Part shown: positions 1 through 8,156 of the stretch, in pieces
How the letters are laid out: each line of letters starts with the position of its first letter
Numbering within the stretch: position 1 is the stretch's first letter
Assembly: GCA_028282935.1 (NCBI GenBank)
Contig: JANQGU010000093.1
Location: 1-63,277 of the forward strand
Reading direction: 5' to 3'
Length of the DNA stretch: 63,277 nt
Source: Kiloniellales bacterium
GTDB lineage: Bacteria > Pseudomonadota > Alphaproteobacteria > Kiloniellales > JAKSBE01
Position numbers and translations under genes: made by a program
The notes under the pieces: model-generated
The model's database searches: none
Seen by the model: the letters and a program-made list of their open reading frames with translations, nothing else
What the model was told of the DNA's origin: nothing

Positions 1-1
1 C

Positions 2-622
2 GCCGTCGCGCTCAACCACTACGGCCTGCCCTTCGAACGCCAGGTCCTTTCCGTGTTCCAGGACTTCGACGCCCTGCTCGAGATAAATCCCCTGGGCAAG
101 GTCCCGGTCCTGATCCTCGACGCGGAGGACGCGCTCTACGACAGCCGGGCGATCCTGGAATACCTGGAGGCGGCCGCACCGCCGGAGCGCCGCCTCCTGC
201 CGGCCGAGGCGGCGGCGCGGCGCGAGGTCTTCCGCATCGAGGCAGTCGGCGTCGGCCTGGCGGAGAAGCTCTACGAACGCGGCATCGAGTTCGCCCGCCG
301 CAGCCCGGGCACCCAGGACCCGGTCTGGATCGAGCGGCTGGAGCGTCAGGTCGACAGCGCGCTTCTCTGGCTCGAAGCGCGGGGGCTGGGGGCGCGCACC
401 GCCGGGCCCTGGCTGGTCGGCGAAGACCTGACCCGCGCCGATCTTGCCGTCGCGGTCGCCGTCACCCATGCCGTCGAGAAGCTGCCGCAGCTCTTCGACC
501 CTGCGCGATTGCCCGGTCTGGCCGCACATCGGCAGGCCTGCGAAGCGCTGCCCGCCTTCGCCGCGGCCGCCTATTCCGCCACCGAAGCCTCGGCCACGGG
601 CTGGCGCCCCGAGGTGCGTTAG
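2..622 (+). CDS. Glutathione S-transferase family protein (5' end outside window)
   Basis: The reading frame is open from the window edge. It has a thioredoxin-like GST N-domain (NPLGKVPVL, SRAILEYLE) followed by a helical C-domain. Confidence 0.8.
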   Translation, partial: AVALNHYGLPFERQVLSVFQDFDALLEINPLGKVPVLILDAEDALYDSRAILEYLEAAAPPERRLLPAEAAARREVFRIEAVGVGLAEKLYERGIEFARRSPGTQDPVWIERLERQVDSALLWLEARGLGARTAGPWLVGEDLTRADLAVAVAVTHAVEKLPQLFDPARLPGLAAHRQACEALPAFAAAAYSATEASATGWRPEVR

Positions 623-648
623 AGCGGACTTGCTCAAACGCCGGTGTT

Positions 649-751
649 TCACCCCCACCCCGGCCCTCCCCCATCAAGGGGGAGGGAGAAAACTAGGGCC
701 GCTGCCCGAAAAAGCCCTCCCCCTTGATGGGGGAGGGTTGGGTGGGGGTGA
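649..751. repeat. Family A nested-palindrome intergenic repeat, copy A1
   Basis: The outer arms TCACCCCCACCCC and GGGTGGGGGTGA pair. Each half also carries a CCCTCCCCC-N4/5-GGGGGAGGG hairpin. The same architecture recurs at five other sites. Confidence 0.9.
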
Positions 752-934
752 CTCTCCGATAATCCGCAAGTCGGCACTCCGCCCTGCAGGGTCCCCTCCG
801 CGTCGGAGGCCCTGGCGGAGAGCCCAATAGACGCGGGCCAGGATCGCCGTTAAGCTGTGAAACAACCAAGAAACACAAAGAACACAGGCTTGGGAAAGCA
901 GGATACAGGCTTACTCAAGGGGAGGATCACAAAA

Positions 935-2227
935 ATGAGCCTTGTAAGGACTCTCACCGCGGCCTCTGCGCTGGCCGCGCTGCTCACCGCGAGCGTCACG
1001 GCGCAGGCGGAGGTCCCGGTCAAACTGGAGCCCTACGTCACCGGTCTGAACGCCCCGCTGGCCATGGTCCAGCCGGAGGGCGACGACCGGATCTTCGTCA
1101 TCGAACAGTTCGGCCGGGTGCGGATCGTCAGGGACGGCGAGCTCGAGCCCGACCCCTTCCTCGACATCCGGAACCTGATTCCGCAGCTTTGGAAGGACTT
1201 CGACGAGCGCGGCCTGCTGGGTCTCGCCTTCCATCCGAACTTCGCGGAGAACGGCCGCTTCTACGTCGCCTACAGCGGCCACCTGGACTTCCAGGGCGAC
1301 CTGGGCAAGCAGTTCTGGTGGGACCACACCAACGTCGTGGCCGAATACAGGGTCTCGGCTGAGGACCCCGATGTCGCCGATCCCAAGTCCGGCAAGATCA
1401 TCACCTCGATTGACTGGCCGCAGTTCAACCACAACGGCCATTGGATCGGCTTCGGCAAGGACGGGATGCTCTACATCTCGACCGGCGACGGCGGCTACGC
1501 CAACGACTGGGGCATCGGCCACAACGTCACCGAGGGCAACGGCCAGGACCTGACCAGTCTGCTGGGCAAGATCCTCAGGATCGACGTCGACGGCGGTGAC
1601 CCCTACGGCATCCCCGACGACAATCCCTTCGTCGGCAACAACGACGCCATGCCGGAGATCTGGGCCTACGGCCTGCGCAACCCCTGGCGCTGCTCCTTCG
1701 ACACCGGCAGCGACCGGCTGATCTGCGCCGACGTGCAGCAGAACAGCTACGAAGAGGTCAGCGTCATCGAGAAGGGCGGCAACTACGGCTGGCGCAAGAT
1801 GGAAGCGACCCACTGCTTCGACTACCAGAACCCGGACAACCATCCGAAGACTTGCGACAGCGACGGCATGATCCTGCCGGTCCTGGAGTACCAGAACTGC
1901 ACCGCCAAGCCGGACGGCTGCAAGGGCATCTCGGTGACCGGCGGCTACGTCTACCAGGGCGGCCAGGACGCCTGGAAGGGCAAGTACATCTTCGGCGACT
2001 GGAGCAAGTCCTTCGGCGAGATGGACGGCCAGATCTTCGTCGGCTCGCGCGCCGACGACGGCACCTGGAGCATGGACACGGCCAAGGTCACCAACATGGA
2101 GGGCAACACGCCCTACATCCTGGCCTTCGGGCAGGACGCGGGCGGCGAGGTCTACGCCTTGACCTCGATCACCACCGGCCCGGTGGGCGGCCTGGACACG
2201 ATCTACAAGATCGTCCCGGCCAACTGA
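935..2227 (+). CDS. Secreted PQQ-dependent (soluble glucose/sorbosone-type) aldose dehydrogenase
   Basis: The ATG at 935 follows a GGAGG site and starts a signal peptide (MSLVRTLTAASALAALLTASVTAQA). Beta-propeller motifs are present: GLLGLAFHPNF, HNGHWIGFGKDGMLYISTGDGG, GKILRID, YGLRNPWR, GGNYGWR. The track start at 857 looks too early. Confidence 0.85.
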   Translation: MSLVRTLTAASALAALLTASVTAQAEVPVKLEPYVTGLNAPLAMVQPEGDDRIFVIEQFGRVRIVRDGELEPDPFLDIRNLIPQLWKDFDERGLLGLAFHPNFAENGRFYVAYSGHLDFQGDLGKQFWWDHTNVVAEYRVSAEDPDVADPKSGKIITSIDWPQFNHNGHWIGFGKDGMLYISTGDGGYANDWGIGHNVTEGNGQDLTSLLGKILRIDVDGGDPYGIPDDNPFVGNNDAMPEIWAYGLRNPWRCSFDTGSDRLICADVQQNSYEEVSVIEKGGNYGWRKMEATHCFDYQNPDNHPKTCDSDGMILPVLEYQNCTAKPDGCKGISVTGGYVYQGGQDAWKGKYIFGDWSKSFGEMDGQIFVGSRADDGTWSMDTAKVTNMEGNTPYILAFGQDAGGEVYALTSITTGPVGGLDTIYKIVPAN

Positions 2228-2258
2228 TCCGCGCCAGCGGAGAGAATAGATGGATCGA

Positions 2259-2289
2259 GGCGACCCCGGCGCAGGCCGCCGGGGTCGCC
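2259..2289 (+). other. Perfect 13-bp stem-loop between the dehydrogenase and cytochrome c genes
   Basis: GGCGACCCCGGCG-caggc-CGCCGGGGTCGCC lies 32 nt after the stop codon. There is no U-tract, so it may be an attenuator or an mRNA-processing/stability element. Confidence 0.4.
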
Positions 2290-2367
2290 TCCTCCTTGTG
2301 GCAAAGCGCGGTGACGACGAAGGACGAGTCCGGCACCGCCCGAGAGACGAGGGACTTCGGCCGAACC

Positions 2368-2730
2368 ATGACGCTGCGTGCTTTGAGCGCCTCGCTCGCC
2401 CTCACGTCGATCCTGGCCCTTTGCGGCGCGGTGGCGGCCGCGGACGGCGGCAAGGAGCCGTCGCCCGCCTTCAGCGACGACTTCCTTGCGACCCCGAGCA
2501 ACATCGAGGCCGGCAAGGAGATGTGGAAGGAGCAGTGCCGGCACTGCCACGGCCGCTCCGCCTATCCGGGCAAGGCCCCCAAGCTGAAGCCGCGCCGCTA
2601 CAAGCCCGACTTCGTCTACGACCGGGTCACCAACGGCTTCCGCAAGATGCCCGCCTGGAAGGAGGTCTACGACCAGGAGGAGCGGATGAAGATCGTCGCC
2701 TACGTCCTGAGCGAGGACTTCTCGCCCTGA
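2368..2730 (+). CDS. Monohaem c-type cytochrome (120 aa), likely electron acceptor of the adjacent dehydrogenase
   Basis: It starts at an internal ATG of track ORF 1852..2730. It has a signal peptide (MTLRALSASLALTSILALCGAVAAA), a single CRHCH haem-binding motif and a distal Met in FRKMPAW. Confidence 0.85.
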   Translation: MTLRALSASLALTSILALCGAVAAADGGKEPSPAFSDDFLATPSNIEAGKEMWKEQCRHCHGRSAYPGKAPKLKPRRYKPDFVYDRVTNGFRKMPAWKEVYDQEERMKIVAYVLSEDFSP

Positions 2731-2767
2731 GGGGTGGGGCGGGCGATCGATTCACTGCGTCGCCCAT

Positions 2768-2893
2768 CAACCACTCCTCTGTCATGCCCGGACTTGATCC
2801 GGGCATCCATCTTGCCGTTGACCCATGGATTGCCGGACCAAGTCCGGCAATGACAGACGAGTGGTGGAGCCGGACATGACAGCGGAGTGGTGG
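2768..2893. repeat. Composite palindromic element (two perfect hairpins plus flanking inverted/direct repeats) acting as a probable bidirectional terminator
   Basis: Hairpin ATGCCCGGA-cttga-TCCGGGCAT is at 2784-2806. Hairpin ATTGCCGGAC-caa-GTCCGGCAAT is at 2829-2851. CCACTCCTCTGTCAT (2771-2785) is complementary to ATGACAGACGAGTGG (2851-2865) and ATGACAGCGGAGTGG (2876-2890). The element sits between convergent genes. Confidence 0.8.
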
Positions 2894-2911
2894 TGAGGGT
2901 CGGGGGCGTGC

Positions 2912-3772
2912 CTACAGCCGGTAGAAGGCTTGCGCGTTGCCGCCGAAGACGGCGGCGCGTTCCGTCTCGGTCAGCCCGGCGGTCAGCGACTCGGCGGCGC
3001 GGCGCCAGGCGTCGTAGCTGGCGGCCAGGGTGCAGACCGGCCAGTCGGAGCCCCAGATCAGGCGCTCCGGGCCGAAGTTGGCGAGCAGGTGGTCGACGTA
3101 GGGACGGAGGTCGGCCTCGGTCCAGTCCGGCAAGGCCTCGGTGACCAGGCCGGAGAGCTTGCAGAGCGCGCGGGTCTCCCGGGCCAGGGCGGTCATGTCG
3201 TCGGCCCAGGCCTCGAAGGCGCGGTCGCGGATCTGCGGCTTCGAGCCGTGGCAGATGACCGTGCGCAGCTCGGGGTAGCGGCCGAGCAGCGCGAGCAGGT
3301 TCTTCAGGTGCCGGGGCAAGGTCAGGGCGTCGAAGCAGAGGTCGAGGTCGATCAGCGCCCGGAAGGCCGGGTCGAGCTCGGGCCGCAGCATCCAGTCGTC
3401 GTCCGGGATGTCCTGGATCATCGGACGGAAGCCCTTCAGGGTCCGATTAGCGGCCAGGCGGGCCATCTCGGCCGGGGCCGCGGGATCGGCGAAGTCGACC
3501 CAGCCGACGACGCCCCGGACCCAGGGCGTCCCGGCGGCGAGGCCCAGCATGTAGTCGGTCTCCGCCACGGTGGCCGCGGCCTGGACCAGGACCACGCCGT
3601 CGATGCCGTAAACCTGGCGCAACGGGTCGAGGTCGGCGGGAGCGAAGTCTCGGTATATCGCCGTAAAATCAGGCGTCAGCCAGTCGTAGTCGCCGCGGGC
3701 CAGTTGCCAGAAATGGACGTGCGCATCGATGCTGGGCGCATCGATGCCGGACGCGTCGGTGTTGGGGGCCAT
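2912..3772 (-). CDS. Amidohydrolase-2 family protein, sugar-lactonase-like (L-fucono-1,5-lactonase type)
   Basis: It has an N-terminal metal motif IDAHVHFW followed by DYDWL, and a C-terminal WGSDWP. It is the last gene of the sugar operon, just downstream of the aldose dehydrogenase-type AKR. Confidence 0.75.
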   Translation of the reverse strand: MAPNTDASGIDAPSIDAHVHFWQLARGDYDWLTPDFTAIYRDFAPADLDPLRQVYGIDGVVLVQAAATVAETDYMLGLAAGTPWVRGVVGWVDFADPAAPAEMARLAANRTLKGFRPMIQDIPDDDWMLRPELDPAFRALIDLDLCFDALTLPRHLKNLLALLGRYPELRTVICHGSKPQIRDRAFEAWADDMTALARETRALCKLSGLVTEALPDWTEADLRPYVDHLLANFGPERLIWGSDWPVCTLAASYDAWRRAAESLTAGLTETERAAVFGGNAQAFYRL

Positions 3773-3782
3773 GCCGCCGTCC

Positions 3783-4817
3783 TCAGGCCGGATCGGCCTC
3801 GGGCAGCGGCGAGTCGGCCCGGATCAGGCCCTCGGCCTTGAGGTCGCGCCACAGGGCCGCCGGCACCTTGGCGTCCAGGACCTCGAGGTTGCGCGTCACC
3901 TCCTCCGGCGCGGCGGCGCCGGGGATCACCGAGACGATCGCCGGATGGTTCAGCAGGAAGTGCAGGGCCGCCTCGACCAAGCGCACGCCGTGGGCCTCGC
4001 AGACCGCCTGCAGGCGCCCGGCCCGCTCCAGGATCTCCGGCGGCGCCGGGTGATAGTTGTACTTGGCACCCTCGACCGGGCCGGTGGCCAGGACACCGCT
4101 GTTGTAGGGCCCGCCGAGGATGATGCCGATGCCGCGCTCGACGCAGAGCGGCAGGAAGGACTCCTGCGCCTCCTGCTCCAGCAGGGTGTAGCGGCCGGCG
4201 AGCAGGAAGCAGTCGAAGTCGGCGCTCTTGGCCAGGCGCTCGCAGATGTCCCATTCGTTGATGCCGACGCCGATGGCCTTGACGTCGCCGGCGGCGCGCA
4301 GCTCTTCCAGGGCCCTGTAGCCGCCCTCCATCAGCTCGCGGATCTTGGCGTCGGAGGCCTCGCGGCTGCCGTGGGTCCAGATGTCGACGTCGTGGACCAG
4401 CAGGATGTCGACGCGGTCCGTGCCCATACGCTTCAGGCTGTCCTCGTAGGAGCGCAGCACGCCGTCGTAGCTGTAGTCGTAGTCGAAGCGGCGATCGGGG
4501 ATGTCGTGGAAGATGGTCTCGGGCACCTCCTCCGGCGGGCAGTCGATCAGGACCCGGCCGATCTTGGTGGAGAGCTGCAGCGCCTCGCGCGGCCAGCGCG
4601 CCAGGGCGCGGCCCAGACGTTCCTCCGAGAGGCCGAGGCCGTAGAGCGGCGCCGTGTCGAAGTAGCGGATGCCGGCCGCGTAGGCCGCGTCGAGGGTCGC
4701 CTGGGCGACCTCTTCCGGGATCGGCCGGTAGAGGTTGCCGAGCGGGGCACAGCCGAAGCCCAGGGCGGTCAGGGGCAGCGGGCCGTGCTTCCGGGTCTCA
4801 AGACTGCGCGTCATCAT
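3783..4817 (-). CDS. Aldo/keto reductase (D-threo-aldose / L-fucose 1-dehydrogenase-like)
   Basis: The start is ATGATG at 4817 (MMTRSLETR...), overlapping the stop of the upstream ATPase gene (ATGA). AKR motifs are GFGCAPLGN, YFDTAPLYG and LSTK. The upstream part of the track ORF is Arg/Pro-rich junk. Confidence 0.85.
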   Translation of the reverse strand: MMTRSLETRKHGPLPLTALGFGCAPLGNLYRPIPEEVAQATLDAAYAAGIRYFDTAPLYGLGLSEERLGRALARWPREALQLSTKIGRVLIDCPPEEVPETIFHDIPDRRFDYDYSYDGVLRSYEDSLKRMGTDRVDILLVHDVDIWTHGSREASDAKIRELMEGGYRALEELRAAGDVKAIGVGINEWDICERLAKSADFDCFLLAGRYTLLEQEAQESFLPLCVERGIGIILGGPYNSGVLATGPVEGAKYNYHPAPPEILERAGRLQAVCEAHGVRLVEAALHFLLNHPAIVSVIPGAAAPEEVTRNLEVLDAKVPAALWRDLKAEGLIRADSPLPEADPA

Positions 4818-5890
4818 GGTGCTTCGCTCTCCTCCGTCGCGGCCCGCAGGCGGTCGCCGCTCTCGCCGTCGAAAACGCAGAGCCGGGCCGGGTCCAGCGC
4901 GATCCCGACCTGGCTGTCGATGGGCAGCTCGAAGTCGTCCGGCATGCGGGCGACGATCTGGGTCTCGCCGAGCTGGCAGGTGACGATGCTCTCGCTGCCG
5001 GTCATCTCGACCGAGTAGAGCCGGCCCCGCAGGGCGCCCTCCTCGGGCGCCACCACGCGGCAATCCTCGGGCCGGAAGCCGAGCACCGCAGCGCCCGACG
5101 CGGCAAGGCCGGGGCAGGCGACCTGCCCGGCGCCGTTGACGAAGGCGCCGGCCTCCAGGCGGCCGGAGACCAGGTTCATCGGCGGCGCGCCGATAAAGCC
5201 GGCGACGAAGAGGTTGGCCGGGTTGCGATATATCTCGCGCGGCCGGTCGATCTGCTGGACCACGCCCTGGTTCATCACCGCCACCCGATGGGCCAGGGTC
5301 ATGGCCTCGATCTGGTCGTGGGTGACGTAGATCGTGGTCACGCCGAGCTCCTGCTGCAGGTGCTTCAGCTCGGCGCGCATGTGGCCGCGCAGCTTGGCAT
5401 CGAGGTTGGACAGCGGCTCGTCCATCAGGAACAGGCTGGGCCGGCGCACCATGGCCCGGGCCAGGGCGACGCGCTGGCGCTGGCCGCCGGAGAGCTGGCG
5501 CGGGTAGCGTTCCAGGTAGTCCTCCAGGTGCACCTTGCCGGCCGCCTCGCGCACCGCCGCGTCGCGCTCGGCCTGGGGCAGCTTCCGCAGCTTCAGCGGA
5601 TAGCCGATGTTCTCGGCCACCGTCATGTGCGGGTAGAGGGCGTAGGACTGGAAGACCATGGCGATGTCGCGGTACTTGGGCAGGACCTCGGTCACGTCGC
5701 GCTCGCCGATCAGGATCCGGCCCTGGGTCACCGGCTCCAGGCCGGCGACCATGCGCAGCGCCGTGGTCTTGCCGCAGCCGGAGGGCCCGAGCAGGACCAG
5801 GAACTCGCCCTCGGCGATCTCGAGGTCGAGGCCCTTGACCACCTCGACGACGCCAAAGGACTTGTGGAGGTTCTTCAGGGCGACGCGCAT
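4814..5890 (-). CDS. Sugar ABC transporter ATP-binding protein (MalK/UgpC type)
   Basis: It has Walker A GPSGCGKTT, signature LSGGQRQR, Walker B LFLMDEPLS, and a C-terminal MalK-like regulatory domain. The ATG at 5890 overlaps the upstream stop. Confidence 0.9.
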   Translation of the reverse strand: MRVALKNLHKSFGVVEVVKGLDLEIAEGEFLVLLGPSGCGKTTALRMVAGLEPVTQGRILIGERDVTEVLPKYRDIAMVFQSYALYPHMTVAENIGYPLKLRKLPQAERDAAVREAAGKVHLEDYLERYPRQLSGGQRQRVALARAMVRRPSLFLMDEPLSNLDAKLRGHMRAELKHLQQELGVTTIYVTHDQIEAMTLAHRVAVMNQGVVQQIDRPREIYRNPANLFVAGFIGAPPMNLVSGRLEAGAFVNGAGQVACPGLAASGAAVLGFRPEDCRVVAPEEGALRGRLYSVEMTGSESIVTCQLGETQIVARMPDDFELPIDSQVGIALDPARLCVFDGESGDRLRAATEESEAP

Positions 5891-6945
5891 CAGCCTTTCA
5901 CCGCTCCGATCAGCAGGCCGCGCGCGATGTAGCGCTGCAGCAGGACGGTCATCGCGACCACGGGCGCGATCATGATGATGATCAGCACCGACATGTACCA
6001 CCACTGCGGCCCGCGCGTGGCGTTCTGGGCCGCGACCAGCAGCGGCATGGTCTGGGCGTCGGCGGTCGAGAGGAAGAGCGCCAGCAGGTATTCGTTCCAG
6101 GCCAGGATCAGGACCAGCAGAAAGGTCGCGGCCAGGCCCGGCTTGGCGAGCGGCAGGACGATGGTGAAGAGGATGCGCAGCTTGGAGGCGCCGTCGATCT
6201 GCGCGCTCTCCTCCAGGTCGATGGGGATGCCGGCGAAGAAGTCGCGCAGGATCCAGACCGCGATCGGCAGGTTGACCGCCATGTAGGTCAGGATCAGCGC
6301 GGCGTGGGTGTCGAGCAGACGCATCTGCTGGAACATGATGTAGATCGGCAGCACCGCGACCACCGGCGGCAGGATGCGGTTGGAGATGATCCAGAACTGG
6401 ATGTCCTCGTTGCCCACCGCGCGCCGGAGGCGCGGCCCAAGCGTCACGACCAGAAGCAGGAAGAGCGCAACGCCGACGGCCAGGCTCAGCTGCCAAGGCA
6501 GGCCGAAGGCGGCGGTGGCGACGACAACCGCCGCCAGGATCAGCAGAAAGCCGAGGATCAGGCCGAGCTTCACCCGGTACTGGATGCGCACCAGGGCGTA
6601 GGCGGCGAAGGCGCCGAAGAGCACGGCCAGCAGGGTGCTGGCGAAGGCGATCACCACCGAGTTCAGGTAGGGCCGCAGGGTGTCGTTGCCGAGCTCGACG
6701 AAGACGTAGCGCCAGGCGTGGCCCGAGGGCGCGAAGTCGACGAAGGGCAGGTAGTCGGGCCCGTCGTTGACCTGCACCGGCAGCTTGAAGGAGGTGATCA
6801 GCAGCCAGTAGAGCGGGAAGAGCACGACGAAGGTCCAGCCGAGCAGGGCCGCGTAGGTCAGGACCTTGGTGCCCGGGGCCAGGGATTGCAGGTCCTTGGG
6901 CTCGAAGAGCCGGCGCCAGAGGGAGCTTTCTACGGGCGCGGTCAT
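5890..6945 (-). CDS. Sugar ABC transporter permease (MalG/UgpE-like)
   Basis: It is a multi-TM protein with an EAA loop (ESAQIDGASKLRILFTIVLPLAKPG). The ATG at 6945 overlaps the upstream stop (ATGA). Confidence 0.85.
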   Translation of the reverse strand: MTAPVESSLWRRLFEPKDLQSLAPGTKVLTYAALLGWTFVVLFPLYWLLITSFKLPVQVNDGPDYLPFVDFAPSGHAWRYVFVELGNDTLRPYLNSVVIAFASTLLAVLFGAFAAYALVRIQYRVKLGLILGFLLILAAVVVATAAFGLPWQLSLAVGVALFLLLVVTLGPRLRRAVGNEDIQFWIISNRILPPVVAVLPIYIMFQQMRLLDTHAALILTYMAVNLPIAVWILRDFFAGIPIDLEESAQIDGASKLRILFTIVLPLAKPGLAATFLLVLILAWNEYLLALFLSTADAQTMPLLVAAQNATRGPQWWYMSVLIIIMIAPVVAMTVLLQRYIARGLLIGAVKG

Positions 6946-8069
6946 GCCTCGTGCCTCCGGGCCGGTCGGACGACGAAGTTGAAGAAGGAGACGCAGGAGA
7001 TCACGGCGACGAAAAGCAGCATGTAGCCGACCGCCGCCGAGCCGCCGAGGTCCTGGGTGCGCCAGGCGATGAAGGCGTGCAGGGTCATGGACTCCGTGGC
7101 GATGCCCGGCCCGCCGTTGGTCAGGATGTTGGGCAGGTCGATGATCTTGAAGGCCTCGATCAGGCGGATCAGCACCACCGTCGCCGCGACCGGCGCGATC
7201 GCCGGCCAGGTGATGTCGCGGAAGACCTGCCAGGCGTTGGCGCCGTCGATGCGCGCCGCCTCGACCTGCTCGCGCGGCTGGTTCTCGATCGCGGCCAGCA
7301 GGATCAGGAAGAGGAAGGGCGTCCACTGCCAGGTGTCGCCGATCAGGACCACCAAGCGCGCCGACCAGGGGTCCGCCGACCAGGCGAACTCGGCCAGGCC
7401 GAAGAGCTGCCAGATCGGCGCGAAGGGCCCCTTGCCCATGTCGGCCAGCATGCGGAAGGCGTAGGCGATGCCGACCGGCGTCACCATCAGGGGTACGAAG
7501 AAGACGACCCGGAAGAAGTTGCGGCCGCGGATCTGCTGGGCGCAGAGCAGGGCCAGGCCGAGGCCGAGCGCGAACTGAACGGCGACCCCGGCCAGCACGT
7601 AGAACAGGGTAACCACCAGCGAGCCCGGAAAGCCCGGCGCGTTGAGGGTGATCAGCAGGAGCAGCAGCAGGCCCAGTGCGACACTAGCGGCGATCAGGCG
7701 CCCCAGGATGCCGACCACGCCCACCCGGCCGCGCCGGAGGTAGCGGAGGAAGCCGAAGACGACCGCCGCGGCCGCGGCCAGCAGCAGCAGCCATTCGAAC
7801 CAGGACAGGGCCCCGAAGGTGCCGAGGAAGTGATACTGCTGGGAGCCGAAGAGCAGCTTCCTGAAGTTGCGGAAGCCGACGTAGCGCAGCTCGTAGCCGC
7901 CGGGCGCCAGGCTGAACTTGGACAGCGCCAGGTAGGCCGAGATCAGCATCGGGAAGATCGACAGGCCCAGCAGGATCAGGACCGTCGGCAGGATCAGGAG
8001 CTGGGCGATCTGGCGGTCGAGCCATTCGGACAGCCGCGAGGACGGCACCTCCTGCAGCGTCGCGGTCAT
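6942..8069 (-). CDS. Sugar ABC transporter permease (MalF/UgpA-like)
   Basis: It is a multi-TM protein with an EAA loop (EAARIDGANAWQVFRDITWPAIAP). Confidence 0.85.
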   Translation of the reverse strand: MTATLQEVPSSRLSEWLDRQIAQLLILPTVLILLGLSIFPMLISAYLALSKFSLAPGGYELRYVGFRNFRKLLFGSQQYHFLGTFGALSWFEWLLLLAAAAAVVFGFLRYLRRGRVGVVGILGRLIAASVALGLLLLLLITLNAPGFPGSLVVTLFYVLAGVAVQFALGLGLALLCAQQIRGRNFFRVVFFVPLMVTPVGIAYAFRMLADMGKGPFAPIWQLFGLAEFAWSADPWSARLVVLIGDTWQWTPFLFLILLAAIENQPREQVEAARIDGANAWQVFRDITWPAIAPVAATVVLIRLIEAFKIIDLPNILTNGGPGIATESMTLHAFIAWRTQDLGGSAAVGYMLLFVAVISCVSFFNFVVRPARRHEA

Positions 8070-8156
8070 GCCGGGACTCCGGATCGTGAGCCGTCGGATA
8101 TGGGGGCGCTGCGGCAGGCCCCCGATCGGGGCCTGCCTCGCGTCGCGGTCATGCGC

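Noticed and set aside
444-830. ORFs running through the repeat elements (for example 444..830, 14011..14265, 61207..61461, 47764..48177) that encode PSPxKGEG / LPLDGGGLGGG-type peptides.
   Set aside because: Their sequence is dictated by the palindromic repeats. They occur on both strands and have no start context or domain.
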